Shown here in pieces: positions 8,579 to 20,044 of a stretch of DNA of 64,000 nucleotides. This DNA is from an uncultured Elusimicrobia bacterium. GTDB taxonomy: Bacteria; Elusimicrobiota; Elusimicrobia; UBA1565; UBA9628. The notes beneath the pieces are model-generated. The model was not told where the DNA came from. It did no database searches and was given only the letters and a program-made list of their open reading frames with translations. Within the stretch, counting starts at the first letter, position 1. Each line of letters starts with the position of its first letter. The stretch covers positions 189,839-253,838 of the forward strand of contig CBDIQC010000002.1 of assembly GCA_965283875.1 (NCBI GenBank). Reading direction: 5' to 3'. The position numbers and the translations under genes are program-made.

Positions 8579-9326
8579 ACATCAGGACTTTGAGGACTTC
8601 CAGAGGCAGCCACTTGAGCAGGAAGGCGGCGCCCACGAAGATGTTCTGCGCGAGCAACGCGAAGAAAACGGCGGCCAGCGCGCGCGCCGCGCCGGCGGCC
8701 TCGGTGCGTTTGAACAGGCGCGCGGCCGCGCCGAGCACCCACAGCAGCACGATGACCATCAGGGTCTTGTAGGCGGCGAGGCTGCCCGTCGGGATGATGA
8801 GCAGCTCCACGCCCAGCGACAGCAAGGACACGCCGTTGAGCCCGAGCACGACGGCCGCGATCAGCCGCCAGTGCGCGCCCTCGATGAGCCGGCCGTACCA
8901 CAACGTCGGCGCCAGCCACGCGGCCAGCAGCGCCGACGCCGCGGCCAGCGGCAGGGCCTTGCCCACGTAGGCGAAGGAGATCAGCAGCGGCGCGGCCGAC
9001 CAGGCGACCCCGGTGACGAGTTTGAAGGCGAGCCGGCCCGTGCCCAGCCAGCGCAGCGCGATGCCGACGAAGCCCACGAGCACGGCGGCCAGCACGGGCT
9101 GCCAGAACAACACGCGCAGCCAGAACAGGGGCGGGCGCGAGGGCAGCGCCGCCATCGCGGGCTCGGGGAAGCCGGCGGGCTTGAGCAAAGTGAACAGCAT
9201 CGAGGCGGCGACCCACAGCGCCCACAACGTCAAGGCGGCGCGAAACGCCTCGGGCTTCTTCACCTCGACGGCGGCGAGGTCGGGCTTGAGGGCGCACAGG
9301 TAGGCGAGTCGCAGGGCGGCTTTCAC
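8571..9326 (-). CDS. Hypothetical polytopic membrane protein (Yip1-like topology)
   Basis: A GTG at 9326 forms a GTGA overlap with the stop of the upstream MFS gene. About 6 TM helices follow. The upstream part of track ORF 8571..10316 is an out-of-frame shadow of the MFS gene. Confidence 0.55.
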   Translation of the reverse strand: MKAALRLAYLCALKPDLAAVEVKKPEAFRAALTLWALWVAASMLFTLLKPAGFPEPAMAALPSRPPLFWLRVLFWQPVLAAVLVGFVGIALRWLGTGRLAFKLVTGVAWSAAPLLISFAYVGKALPLAAASALLAAWLAPTLWYGRLIEGAHWRLIAAVVLGLNGVSLLSLGVELLIIPTGSLAAYKTLMVIVLLWVLGAAARLFKRTEAAGAARALAAVFFALLAQNIFVGAAFLLKWLPLEVLKVLMYA

Positions 9327-10888
9327 GCGGGGGCACCTCCGAGGGCGGCGACGGCGTCGGCGTCGTAGCGGCGGCGGGCGGCCAGGCAGAACCAGCCGCC
9401 CAGCCCGAGCGCGACGCAGGCGAGCAGCATGGCGTTGGCCAGGCCGAAGCGGTCCGAGCCCAGGCCGATCAAGGTCGGCGAGACCGCGTCGCCGAGCGCG
9501 TGGATGATGAAGATGTTGGCGGCGAAGGCCATGGAGCGCGTCTCCAGGCGCGTGACCGACACGATGGCCGCGTTGAGCGGCCCCATGTTGAGGAACAGCA
9601 AGGTCTCGGCGAGGAACAACGCGGCGATGGAGGCCGCGAGGCTCGGCGCCATGATGGCGGCCATCGCGCACGGCATGCCCGCGATGAGCCCGAAGCCCGA
9701 GATGAGCAGGTAGGCGTGCGGCCGCGTCTTGATGAGCCGGTCGGCCAGCCACCCGCCGAGCAGGCTGCCGGCCAGGCCCGCGGCCACGGTCACGCCGCCG
9801 AAGTACAGTCCGGCCTGACCCACGCTCAGGCCCCAGGTCCGGTGGAAAAACGTGGGCATCCACACCGCGAACCCGCCGAGCGCGAACGTCATGGCCGCGC
9901 CCGCGAAGGTGATGAGCCGGAACGTGGGCACCGACCACACCGTGCGGTAGCCTTCCCAGACGGGTTTGGTCGGGCGCGGCTCGTCCTTGGGCAAGGTCAT
10001 CGCCACCGCGGCGAGCAGCAGGCCGGGCAGGCCCACGAGGAAAAAGGCGTTGCGCCAGCCGAAATGCTGGCCGATGTAGCCGCCGCCGGCGTAACCCAGC
10101 GCCGAGCCCACGGGGATGGCCATCGAGAACACGGCCAAGGCCCAGCCGCGCCGCTCGGGCGGGAAACGCTCCGCGACGAACGAGGGAGAGATGGCGCCGT
10201 AGCAGGCTTCCCCCACCCCGACCATCGCGCGCGTGAAGAACAGGGACGAGAAGGAGCGCGTCAGGCCCGCGGCCGCGGTGGCCACGCTCCACAACGCGAT
10301 GCCGCCGGCGATCCACGGGCGGCGCCCGCGCGAATCAGCGAGCCAGGCGATGGGCGGCGCGGCGAGCATATAGACGACCATGAAGGCGGAGGCGAGGCTG
10401 CCGGCCTGCGCGTCGGTGAGCGCGAGCTCGCCCGAGATCAGCGGCAGCAGCGCGTAGGCCACCTGCCGGTCCACGTAGTTGAGGACGTTGACCGCCGTCA
10501 GCAGGAGGAGGCAGGCCGACGGGGTCCAGCGGGTCACGGCGTCCAGACGGCGTCGCCGGGTGCGCACGGCGTCGGCCACCTCGACGAAGGCGGTCTCGCC
10601 GGGCAGCGCGCTCTGCACGGAGCGTTTGCCCACGCGGATGCGCTCGGCGCGCTGGGTGAGGTCGGTGACCTTGCCCTTCACGCGCAGGGAATCTCCCGCC
10701 GAGAGCGATTCCTCGAGGCGCAAGGTCATCTCGCGCGTCTTGGCGTCGTAGGCCCGCACCTTGCCGACGAGCGGAGCGCCGACGAGCTGCTCCTCGGGCG
10801 AGATGTCCCACACCGGCGTGCGGGTCGGCGTCGCGGGGGCCTTGGCCTTCGCCGCGGGTCGGGCCTTCTTCTTCGTCTTTTTCTTCAT
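9323..10888 (-). CDS. MFS transporter with a ~115-aa N-terminal soluble extension
   Basis: 521 aa. The MFS core starts near LLLLTAVNVLNYVDRQ and has 12 TM helices. The N-terminus is Lys-rich and then carries a beta-rich segment, GKVRAYDAKTREMTLRLEESLSAGDSLRVKGK... Confidence 0.8.
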   Translation of the reverse strand: MKKKTKKKARPAAKAKAPATPTRTPVWDISPEEQLVGAPLVGKVRAYDAKTREMTLRLEESLSAGDSLRVKGKVTDLTQRAERIRVGKRSVQSALPGETAFVEVADAVRTRRRRLDAVTRWTPSACLLLLTAVNVLNYVDRQVAYALLPLISGELALTDAQAGSLASAFMVVYMLAAPPIAWLADSRGRRPWIAGGIALWSVATAAAGLTRSFSSLFFTRAMVGVGEACYGAISPSFVAERFPPERRGWALAVFSMAIPVGSALGYAGGGYIGQHFGWRNAFFLVGLPGLLLAAVAMTLPKDEPRPTKPVWEGYRTVWSVPTFRLITFAGAAMTFALGGFAVWMPTFFHRTWGLSVGQAGLYFGGVTVAAGLAGSLLGGWLADRLIKTRPHAYLLISGFGLIAGMPCAMAAIMAPSLAASIAALFLAETLLFLNMGPLNAAIVSVTRLETRSMAFAANIFIIHALGDAVSPTLIGLGSDRFGLANAMLLACVALGLGGWFCLAARRRYDADAVAALGGAPA

Positions 10889-10903
10889 GGCATCACCAGT
10901 CTG

Positions 10904-12202
10904 TCATTTCCCGAGGCAAAAACGCGAGAAAACGGCGTCCATACGTCGTCGCCGATGTCGCTCGCCCAGGGTCGCCCAGGCGGGCCAGCGCGCCGAGCAG
11001 CTTAGATCGTCGCGGTTGCCGTAGGCGCTGGCGTGGTCAGGATGTTGACCGCGACGGCGTCATCAGGTCGCAAGCGCTCGGCCCAGCCGCACACGGTGGC
11101 CGGCGCGCACGCGTGACGGGGCATCTCGAAGTCCAGCGGGCCGGCGGCGGCGGCGACCGCCGCGGCCAATTCGTTCAAGCCGTTCCCGGTGAGGGCTGAT
11201 ACTGATACGCCGCCGGCAGGCGGCGCGTCGCATAAATCGCTCTTATTCCAAACCGAAACGACCGCGCCACCAGGCCGTAATTTCCGCGCGCGGTCGAAAA
11301 GCTCAGCCGCTTGCTCAATAGGCCCTGTGCAGTCGGACACCAGCACCGCCACATCACAAGCCGCCAGCGCCTCCTCGGCGCGCCGCACGCCTTCGGCTTC
11401 CTCGGGCGTCGCCGCCTCTCTAAGGCCCGCCGTATCCACGAGCACCGCCGGCAGCCCGGCCAGCTCGACGTTTTCCTCGAGCGTATCGCGCGTGGTCCCG
11501 GGCCGCGGCGAAACGATGGCGCGGTCTTTACCTAGCAGAGCGTTGAGCAGGCTGGATTTCCCGGCGTTCGGCGGCCCGAACAACCCGACGCGCGCGCCGT
11601 CGCGCAGCAGCCGTCCCCGCTCCTGCCCCGCGAGCAGGAGTTTCACCGAGGCGCGGGCGTCCTCGAGCGTCGCCGCGGCCGTCCCCACGGGAATCGGCGC
11701 GAGCTCCTCCTCCGGATGGTCCAGCCGCGCCTCGACCTCGGCCAGCAGGTCGAACAGCGGCGCGCGCACGGCTTCGACGCGGCGCGACAGCCCGCGCTGC
11801 AGCCGCGCGAGCGCCGCGCGCGCGTATGTGAGTGCTGGCTGTAGTCAAGTCCGCGACGGCCTCGGCCTGGGCCAGGTCGAGCTTGTCGTTGAGGAAGGCG
11901 CGGCTCGGTGAACTCGCCGGGCTCGGCCAGGCAGCAGCCAGCGCCGCGCAGGCGTCGAGCAGGGCGCGAAGGACGAGCGGCGAGCCGTGGCAGGTCAGCT
12001 CGAGGGTGTCCTCGCCGGTGGCGCTGGCGGGCGCCAGCGGAGAAGACGGCGACCACTTCATCGAGGACGCGGCCTTCGTGGACGGCGGCGCGTCGAAACT
12101 AAACGCTTCTGTGTCACGCAGCATGCGCTTGCGAGCGACGCGGCGACGGCGCGGCTGCTCGCTGAAGCGCAAGAGATGAGCAGAATGGAATGCCTCAGCC
12201 AC
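10904..12202 (-). pseudogene. mnmE: tRNA modification GTPase MnmE (TrmE), reading frame broken at least 6 times as sequenced
   Basis: MnmE motifs are spread over three frames: LLRFSE, VLDEVVAVFS, TGEDTLELTCHG, AEPGEFTE, RAFLNDKLDLAQAEAVADL, GPPNAGKSSLLNAL and DTAGLRE. The canonical C-terminus MDAVFSRFCLGK* ends at 10904 in yet another frame. Confidence 0.8.
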
Positions 12203-13169
12203 GCTGGTATACCAGGGTCAGCCTCTGCACTAGGCCGGATGACGAGCTTGCGCCACGGGCCTTCCCCTCCGAGGACGTCGTCACGTCGGGATGCGAGGAC
12301 AGGCTGCGGTGGATGAGGCGGCGCATGGACGCGTCCATCGGCTCCATGCGGAAGGGGCGGCCGGTGGCCTTCACCGACTCGACGGCGTTGCGCGCCGCGT
12401 CGAGCACGGAGCCTTCGCGTTTCTCCCAGTAGGACAAGGCGTCCACCTGGACCGCGATGGGGGTGGCCCCGCCGCGCGCCATGAGCAAGGTCGTGATGAA
12501 CTGCAGGGACTCGAGCACGCGGCCGTCGCGGCCCACGAGCAGCGACGCGTCCTGCGACTCGACGGACGCCTTCACGCGTCGAGAGCTTGGCGTCCCGCGT
12601 CGGCGAGTTGACGGTCGGGCGCCGACGATTGAACGTGATCATGCCGCGCAGCAGGTCGGTGTCGATGACCTGCGCCTTGGCGCAGGCCTCGGCGACCTTC
12701 GGCGGCGGTCAGGGGCTTGGACGCCTCCTCGCGGACGTCGGCGCGGGGCCTGTCGCGACGCAGGTGTCCAGCGCCGGGCGCGCGGGCGCCGGGGCGGGCA
12801 TGCGCGCGGCTCGCCAGCAGGGCTACTCAGGCGGCGGCTCCTCGCGTCGCGGCGCGGAAGCGTCGCGGCGGGGCTCCGGCGCGCGGGGCGGCTGGTTGCG
12901 GCGCTATGACGTGTTCGGCCCGCGCCCGGGTCGCGGCGCTCGGGGCGCGGCGCGGGCACGGGTTTGACCGGGAGCGGCGGCGCGGAGCCGGGGCCCCAGC
13001 GCTTCTCGGTGATGCGCACGCGCGCGGGCTTGGCGCCGAAGCCGAGCACGCCGGCGACGGCTTCCTGGATGACGTCCACTTCGACCTGGTCGCGGCGCAG
13101 GCCCGAGCTCTTGAGGGCGGCATCGACGGCTTCGGCGACGGTTTTACCTTCGATTTCGATGGGGTCCAT
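12195..13169 (-). pseudogene. jag: Jag/KhpB RNA-binding protein (Jag_N, KH, R3H), frame broken as sequenced
   Basis: The N-terminus is MDPIEIEGKTVAEAVDAALKSSGL (Jag_N). LLVGRDGRVLESLQFI is the KH part and MRRLIHRSLSSHPDVTTSSEG the R3H part. EGPWRKLVIRP continues in another frame after a G4 run at 12264-12267. Confidence 0.75.
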
Positions 13170-13191
13170 GGTTTGTCTCCTTGGGGGCGGG

Positions 13192-14739
13192 CTAGGCCTC
13201 GAGGCGGTCCTTCAAGCCGAGCTGAAGGACGGTGCTGACGAGAGAGTTCGTCAGCCAGTAGAGGACGAGTCCCGACGGGAAGTTGAGGAACATGAAGGTG
13301 AAGATGACCGGCATGAACATCATGATCTGCTGCTGCGTGGGGTCGGCCGACGGCGGGTTGAGCTTGCTCTGCAGCCACATCAAGCCGCCCATGACGATGG
13401 GCAGCACGTAATACGGGTCCTTCGCGGAGAGGTCCACGACCCAGAACATCCAAGGGGCGCCGTGCAGCTCCCAGGAGTTGCGCAGGACGTTGAACAACGC
13501 GACGAAGATGGGCATCTGCAGGAGCATCGGCAGGCAGCCGCCGAGCGGGTTGGCGCCGGTCTTCTTATACAGCGCCATCATCTCCTGGTTGAGGCGCTGC
13601 GGGTCCTCTTTGTATTTCGCCTGCAGCTTCGCCATCTCGGGCGACAGCTTCTTCATGGCGGCCGCGGCGCGCAGGCTCTTCCAGGTCAGCGGGAACAACA
13701 CGACCTGCAGCGCCAAGGTCAACACGACGATGGCCCAGCCCCAGTTGCCGATGCGCGACTGCAGCCACCACAAGGCGTTGAGCATCGGGCGGCCGATCTG
13801 CCAGAAGTAGCCGAAGTCCACGGCGCGCTCCAGGCCGATGCCGTAAGACGACAGGCCGGTCTGGCCCTTGGGGCCGAGGTAATAGGGAAGCTCCCAGGTG
13901 AAGGTCCCGCCCGGAGGCAAGGTCACGGGTTTGGCGGTGAGCGTCACCGTGTTGTGCCCGGTCGCGGCCACGGGCGAGAAATGCTCCCACGACGGGACGA
14001 CGGCGGCGAGGAAGTAGCGGTTATCGACGGCGACCCAGCGGTACGGCGTCGGGTAGGTGCCGTCTTTGAGCGTCTCGATGCTGCCGCGCAGGCCTTCGGC
14101 GCCGGGCTTCAGGCCGATGGCGCGCATAACGTCCTTGTTTTCCTTGAGCTCGGTGGCGATGGTGCCCAGGCCCGGGCCGATGACGAGCTGCCAGGCGCCG
14201 ACGTCGAGCGGCTTGCGCGTGGAGTTGGTCGCGCTCACGCGCAGGCGCGAGAGCACCTGGCCCTGGCCGGGCAGGTACTGCTTGACGACCTTCAGGCCGT
14301 CGGCGCGTTCGGCCGACAACGCGTTGGCGTCCTTGAGCTTCGGGTCGCGCGCGAAGGACAGGTCGGGCATGGTGGAGAACATGCCGTTCTCCTGGTTGGC
14401 GACGAGCTCGACGACGCCGAGCGGCTCGGGCTGCTTGTAGCTCACGAGCGCGCCGCCGCGCGGGCTGACGAGCGCGTCCACCTCGCCCAGGCGAAGAGGA
14501 AGGGGTTCCCCGGCGGCGGCCGCGGGAGCGGCCTTGGCGGCCGGCGTCGCGGGTGACGTCGCGTCCTTCATGGAGGGAGCGGCGGCCGGTCCGAGCGCGG
14601 ATTTGCCGGCGCTGTTGGCCGCGGCCGCGGCGACGGCGGGTTTGGCCGGCTTGGGATTAAGCTTCGGGTCGATGAAGCCGAACCAGCCCGCGTACACGGT
14701 GATGGACAACACGACGGCCAGCAGGAGGTTCTTATCCAT
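13192..14739 (-). CDS. yidC: Membrane protein insertase YidC
   Basis: 515 aa with an N-terminal TM helix, a large periplasmic domain and a C-terminal 5-TM core containing PLGGCLPMLLQMPIF. Confidence 0.95.
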   Translation of the reverse strand: MDKNLLLAVVLSITVYAGWFGFIDPKLNPKPAKPAVAAAAANSAGKSALGPAAAPSMKDATSPATPAAKAAPAAAAGEPLPLRLGEVDALVSPRGGALVSYKQPEPLGVVELVANQENGMFSTMPDLSFARDPKLKDANALSAERADGLKVVKQYLPGQGQVLSRLRVSATNSTRKPLDVGAWQLVIGPGLGTIATELKENKDVMRAIGLKPGAEGLRGSIETLKDGTYPTPYRWVAVDNRYFLAAVVPSWEHFSPVAATGHNTVTLTAKPVTLPPGGTFTWELPYYLGPKGQTGLSSYGIGLERAVDFGYFWQIGRPMLNALWWLQSRIGNWGWAIVVLTLALQVVLFPLTWKSLRAAAAMKKLSPEMAKLQAKYKEDPQRLNQEMMALYKKTGANPLGGCLPMLLQMPIFVALFNVLRNSWELHGAPWMFWVVDLSAKDPYYVLPIVMGGLMWLQSKLNPPSADPTQQQIMMFMPVIFTFMFLNFPSGLVLYWLTNSLVSTVLQLGLKDRLEA

Positions 14740-14953
14740 GGGTTTTGGGGACGGGGTCGTAACCGCCGTCGGTGAAAGGATGGCAGCGGGAGACGCGCCG
14801 CAGCGTGAGCCCGAGTCCGGCGAAGGCGCCGCGCGTCGCGACGGCTTCGCGCGCGTAGTCCCCGCAGCTCGGGTGGAAGCGGCAGGCGGGCGGAAGGAAC
14901 GGCCGCACGGCGGCCCGGTAGAGGTCCAGCACGGCCAAGAGGACGTTGGTCAT
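14732..14953 (-). CDS. yidD: Membrane protein insertion efficiency factor YidD
   Basis: The ATG at 14953 forms an ATGA overlap with the rnpA stop. Motifs: YRAAVRPFLPPACRFHPSCGDYA...RCHPF..GGYDPVP. Confidence 0.85.
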   Translation of the reverse strand: MTNVLLAVLDLYRAAVRPFLPPACRFHPSCGDYAREAVATRGAFAGLGLTLRRVSRCHPFTDGGYDPVPKTHG

Positions 14954-15300
14954 TTGCGCAGAAGCCCGGCCTTGCGGCACAGCTCGAGGAGGTCGCTCTC
15001 GGCGTCGGCATGCCGTTTCCACGGACAGCCGGCGCGCGGATAGGCGACGAGCTCGAGCCCGGCCGCGAGCTCGTGGCGGTGGAGGCGGAAAGCCTCGCGC
15101 AGCAACCGCTTGAGGCGGTTGCGACGCACCGCGTTCCCGACCTTGGAGCTTACCGACAGGCCGAGGCGCGGCTCCGCGACGGGGTCGCCCCCGCGGTGCC
15201 AGAGGATGAGCGCGCTTCCGACGGTTTTGCGTCCATTCTCATAGACGCGCCGGAAGTCGCGCCCATCCTTCAGGCGCGCGCGGGGCCCGAAGCCGGGCAC
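14950..15300 (-). CDS. rnpA: Ribonuclease P protein component
   Basis: 116 aa containing RLKDGRDFRRVY and VGNAVRRNRLKRLLREA. It lies downstream of rpmH. Confidence 0.9.
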   Translation of the reverse strand: MPGFGPRARLKDGRDFRRVYENGRKTVGSALILWHRGGDPVAEPRLGLSVSSKVGNAVRRNRLKRLLREAFRLHRHELAAGLELVAYPRAGCPWKRHADAESDLLELCRKAGLLRK

Positions 15301-15303
15301 CGT

Positions 15304-15447
15304 TTACGCCTGCTTCTTGATCAGGCGGTGACGGCCTTTCTGGCGACGGGCCCGGAGGACGTTGCGGCCGCCGGGAGTGGACATACGGGCGCGGAAACCG
15401 ATCTTCTTGGCGCGCTTGCGGTTGCGAGGTCGATAAGTGGGAAGCAT
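15304..15447 (-). CDS. rpmH: 50S ribosomal protein L34
   Basis: This gene is not in the ORF track because it is under 60 aa. My own translation gives [47 protein letters not shown]. Confidence 0.95.
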   Translation of the reverse strand: MLPTYRPRNRKRAKKIGFRARMSTPGGRNVLRARRQKGRHRLIKKQA

Positions 15448-15473
15448 AGAGGGCTGATTATAAGAAAAATGCT

Positions 15474-17439
<1,966 letters not shown>

Positions 17440-17483
17440 AACTGGTAGCTCAGCATGCTCCGCGCCCTCAGGTCGTCAGTCTG

Positions 17484-18979
17484 GTGCTGCTGGCCGTCGT
17501 GCTGCGCGTGCGCCTCGGCCTGCCCGAAGGCTCCGGCCGCCTCCGCGGCGCCGCGCTGTGGCTGACGTTGCTGGCCTTGTCGGCGACGGCGCTCGACTGG
17601 GGCCGCGCGCCCATGTTGTTCGGCGACGACTTCCCGCTGGAAATCCCGCCCGCGCGCGGCCTCTTCCTCCATCTGCTCGGCGTCGGGCTGGGGGCGGCGG
17701 CCTTCGGGCTCGCCGGGCGCGGCGCCGCCGTCGGCGCGGCGTTCGGCCTGGCGGCGGGCTCGGCGGGCTGGTGCGCGGCGCGTTGGCCGCAGCTGTCCAA
17801 GGCCCTCGAGCTGTCCGGCGCGACGTTCGGCGGCCCCTTGCTCGGCGCGCTGCTCGCGCCGGCGCTCGCCGTGACCGCGCTGTTTTTGTCCGAGGCGCTG
17901 ACCAACCGCGAGTGGCGCCCGCGCGCCCGCGCGCTGCTGTGCGGCGCGGTGCTCGTCTGGGCGGCCGTGACGATCGGCGTCGAGGGCGTCCTGCGCGCCG
18001 GCTGGGGCTACGGGCCGCGGTCGTTGTCGGAGGCCGCGGGCGTGCCGCCGAAGTCCGACGCCGTGGTCGCGGACGTGGCGTGGCTTTACCCCTCGCGCGG
18101 CGAAGCGGTCCGTTACGAGGAGCGCCGTCTCTCCGACGACCGCGTGGACCTGTCGGCCGAAAGCCTCGAGCGCCTGGAGGCCTTCCTTAAAGAACGCCGC
18201 CTGCGCGACGTGTTCGCCGACGACGCGTTGGCCGCGGTGCGCCGCGGCTGGCTGCTGCGCTGGGACGCGGAGCGCGCGCTCGACGCGGCGATGTTGTCCT
18301 TGCCCGGGCGCGCCGCGCCCGACTACCGCCGCGCGCTCGAGCTGCTGCGCGCGGGCCCGCTTACCGACGCCCGCCTCCAGAAGCTGCGCCAGCTCGAGAC
18401 CTACAGCGAGGACCGACGCGCGGGCTTCGAAGGCGTGACCACCGCCCAATACATCTTCGAGGGCTTCTCCGCCGCCTACGCGCGCTTCGGCATCGAGGAC
18501 GCCGCGCGCGCCTGGCTGACCGCATCGACAACCTCTGGCCCGTCAACGACAAACGCATCGAGGTCACGCCCATCGAGGACATGCGCGACGGCCACATCGA
18601 AGGCCGCCTCCTGCGCGGCGACGAAGGCGCCCAGGACGTGCTCGTCGGCTTGTTCTTCGTCTGGCGCAGCTCGGCGACCAACACCACGCATTATTTCCTC
18701 TCGGGCTCGACCTTCCCCGACGAGGCGGGCCGCTTCGAGTTCGACGCGTTGGGGCCCGGGCGCTACCACCTGGCCTTGCTCGCGGCCCGCGACGGCCTGG
18801 GCGGGCGCGTGGCCGGCAGCCCGGGCTTCATCGAGCTCAACTACGACCGCCCCGCGGCCTTCCTCGCGCCCATCCGCCTGCTCGGCGGCGACGTGGACGC
18901 CGAACCCGGCCCCGACCCGGGCGCCGACGCGTCGTTGCCGCGAGGCGCCTTCCTTCCCGTGCCCGGGAGGGTGCCGTGA
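17484..18979 (+). CDS. Hypothetical membrane protein with a C-terminal carboxypeptidase-regulatory-like beta domain; one frame break near 18510; start uncertain (17436-17484)
   Basis: The N-terminal ~150 aa are hydrophobic. The C-terminal part is [20 protein letters not shown]...[24 protein letters not shown]. The sequence [18 protein letters not shown] joins the two listed ORFs after a 1-nt shift. Confidence 0.5.
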
Positions 18980-19773
18980 CCGCCCTTTTGCTCGCCGTGT
19001 GGCTCTCCGTGCCCGCCTCCGCGCGCGAAGCGGGTCTGGAGGCGCCGCCGGCCGCCGCGCCGGAAATCGCGGTCCGCACGTTGGAGCCCGGCGCCTACGT
19101 CGTGACCCAGCTCCAGCCGTGGTCGGCCAACGCGCTGCTGGTGGAGGCGGGCGACAACGACCTCGTGCTCGTGGACGCGTTGTGGACCCCGGCCGGGATG
19201 CGCGAGCTGCTGGCCTGGGTGGGCAAACGATACCCGAAGCGCCGCCTGCTGGCGGTCAACACGCATTTCCACGTCGATCGCACCGGCGGCAACAGCGTGC
19301 TCAAGGAGAAAAACGTCCCGATTTACGCCTCCGACGCCACGGTGAAGCTGATGAAGTCGCGCGGTCGCGCGGTCATGGGCGGCATCTCCGCCTCCATCGA
19401 CGACGAGGCGCGCCGCCGCGACTTCCTCGCCACGCCGGTCACGCCCGCTGACGGGACGTTCAGCCTCGAGCGCGGCCTCAAGCTCTCCGTGGGAGGCGAC
19501 GACGTGGTGGTGGCCTACCACGGCGCCGGGCATTCGCCCGACAACGTGGTGGTGTGGTTCCCCCGCCGCAAAATCCTCTTCGGCGGCTGCCTCGTGCTCT
19601 CCGCCAACCGCGTGGGCAACACCTCCGACGCGGACCGCGAGTCGTGGCCCAAGGCCGTCGAGGCGCTGCGCGCCTACCCGGCGCGCTGGGTGGTGCCGGG
19701 CCACGGCTTCTCCTACGCGCCGGCCCTGCTCGACAGCACGCTCGCGACGCTCGAGAAGCGCGGCGCCCCGTAA
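18976..19773 (+). CDS. Subclass B1-like metallo-beta-lactamase, secreted
   Basis: 265 aa with signal peptide [16 protein letters not shown]. Motifs: [11 protein letters not shown] (HxHxD), [14 protein letters not shown] (H196), LFGGCLV (C221) and VVPGHG (H263). The start forms a GTGA overlap with the upstream gene. Confidence 0.8.
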   Translation: MTALLLAVWLSVPASAREAGLEAPPAAAPEIAVRTLEPGAYVVTQLQPWSANALLVEAGDNDLVLVDALWTPAGMRELLAWVGKRYPKRRLLAVNTHFHVDRTGGNSVLKEKNVPIYASDATVKLMKSRGRAVMGGISASIDDEARRRDFLATPVTPADGTFSLERGLKLSVGGDDVVVAYHGAGHSPDNVVVWFPRRKILFGGCLVLSANRVGNTSDADRESWPKAVEALRAYPARWVVPGHGFSYAPALLDSTLATLEKRGAP

Positions 19774-19789
19774 ATCCTATAATCAGCGG

Positions 19790-20044
19790 ATGTCGTCACC
19801 CGAAGCCGCCGCGCTCCTGAAAGGCTGGGGCCGCCTCACGCCCCTGGCCCGCGTCGCCGCCTGGCGGCGCCTGCCGCGCGCCGCCGCGGCCCGGGTGTTC
19901 GCGGCGCTCCCCACGGACGGCCGCTGGCTGCTCTACCTCGGGTGCGACGACGGCGCTTTAGCGCCGCTCACCGAGGCCGGCCGCGCGGGCTTCCGGCGCG
20001 TCGGCGCCGCCGAACGCGCGGCCTACCGGAAAACGCTCGCATGA
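19790..20044 (+). CDS. Hypothetical 84-aa protein
   Basis: TATAAT at 19778-19783 lies 6 nt before the ATG. The stop forms an ATGA overlap with the recO start. GC3 is high. Confidence 0.5.
   Translation: MSSPEAAALLKGWGRLTPLARVAAWRRLPRAAAARVFAALPTDGRWLLYLGCDDGALAPLTEAGRAGFRRVGAAERAAYRKTLA

Noticed and set aside
15448-15473. The rpmH/acs divergence point might be the replication origin.
   Set aside because: The spacer is only 26 bp, it has no DnaA-box-like repeats, and no dnaA gene is nearby. The gene-orientation switch alone is not sufficient evidence.
17457-18449. The upstream part of the 370-aa minus-strand ORF 17337..18449 might be coding.
   Set aside because: It is Arg/Gly/Ala/Gln-rich shadow of the plus-strand membrane protein. 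Only the 26 codons from the internal ATG at 17456 down to 17379 (near the 3' end of that ORF) look like a real PP2C motif, and these are reported separately.
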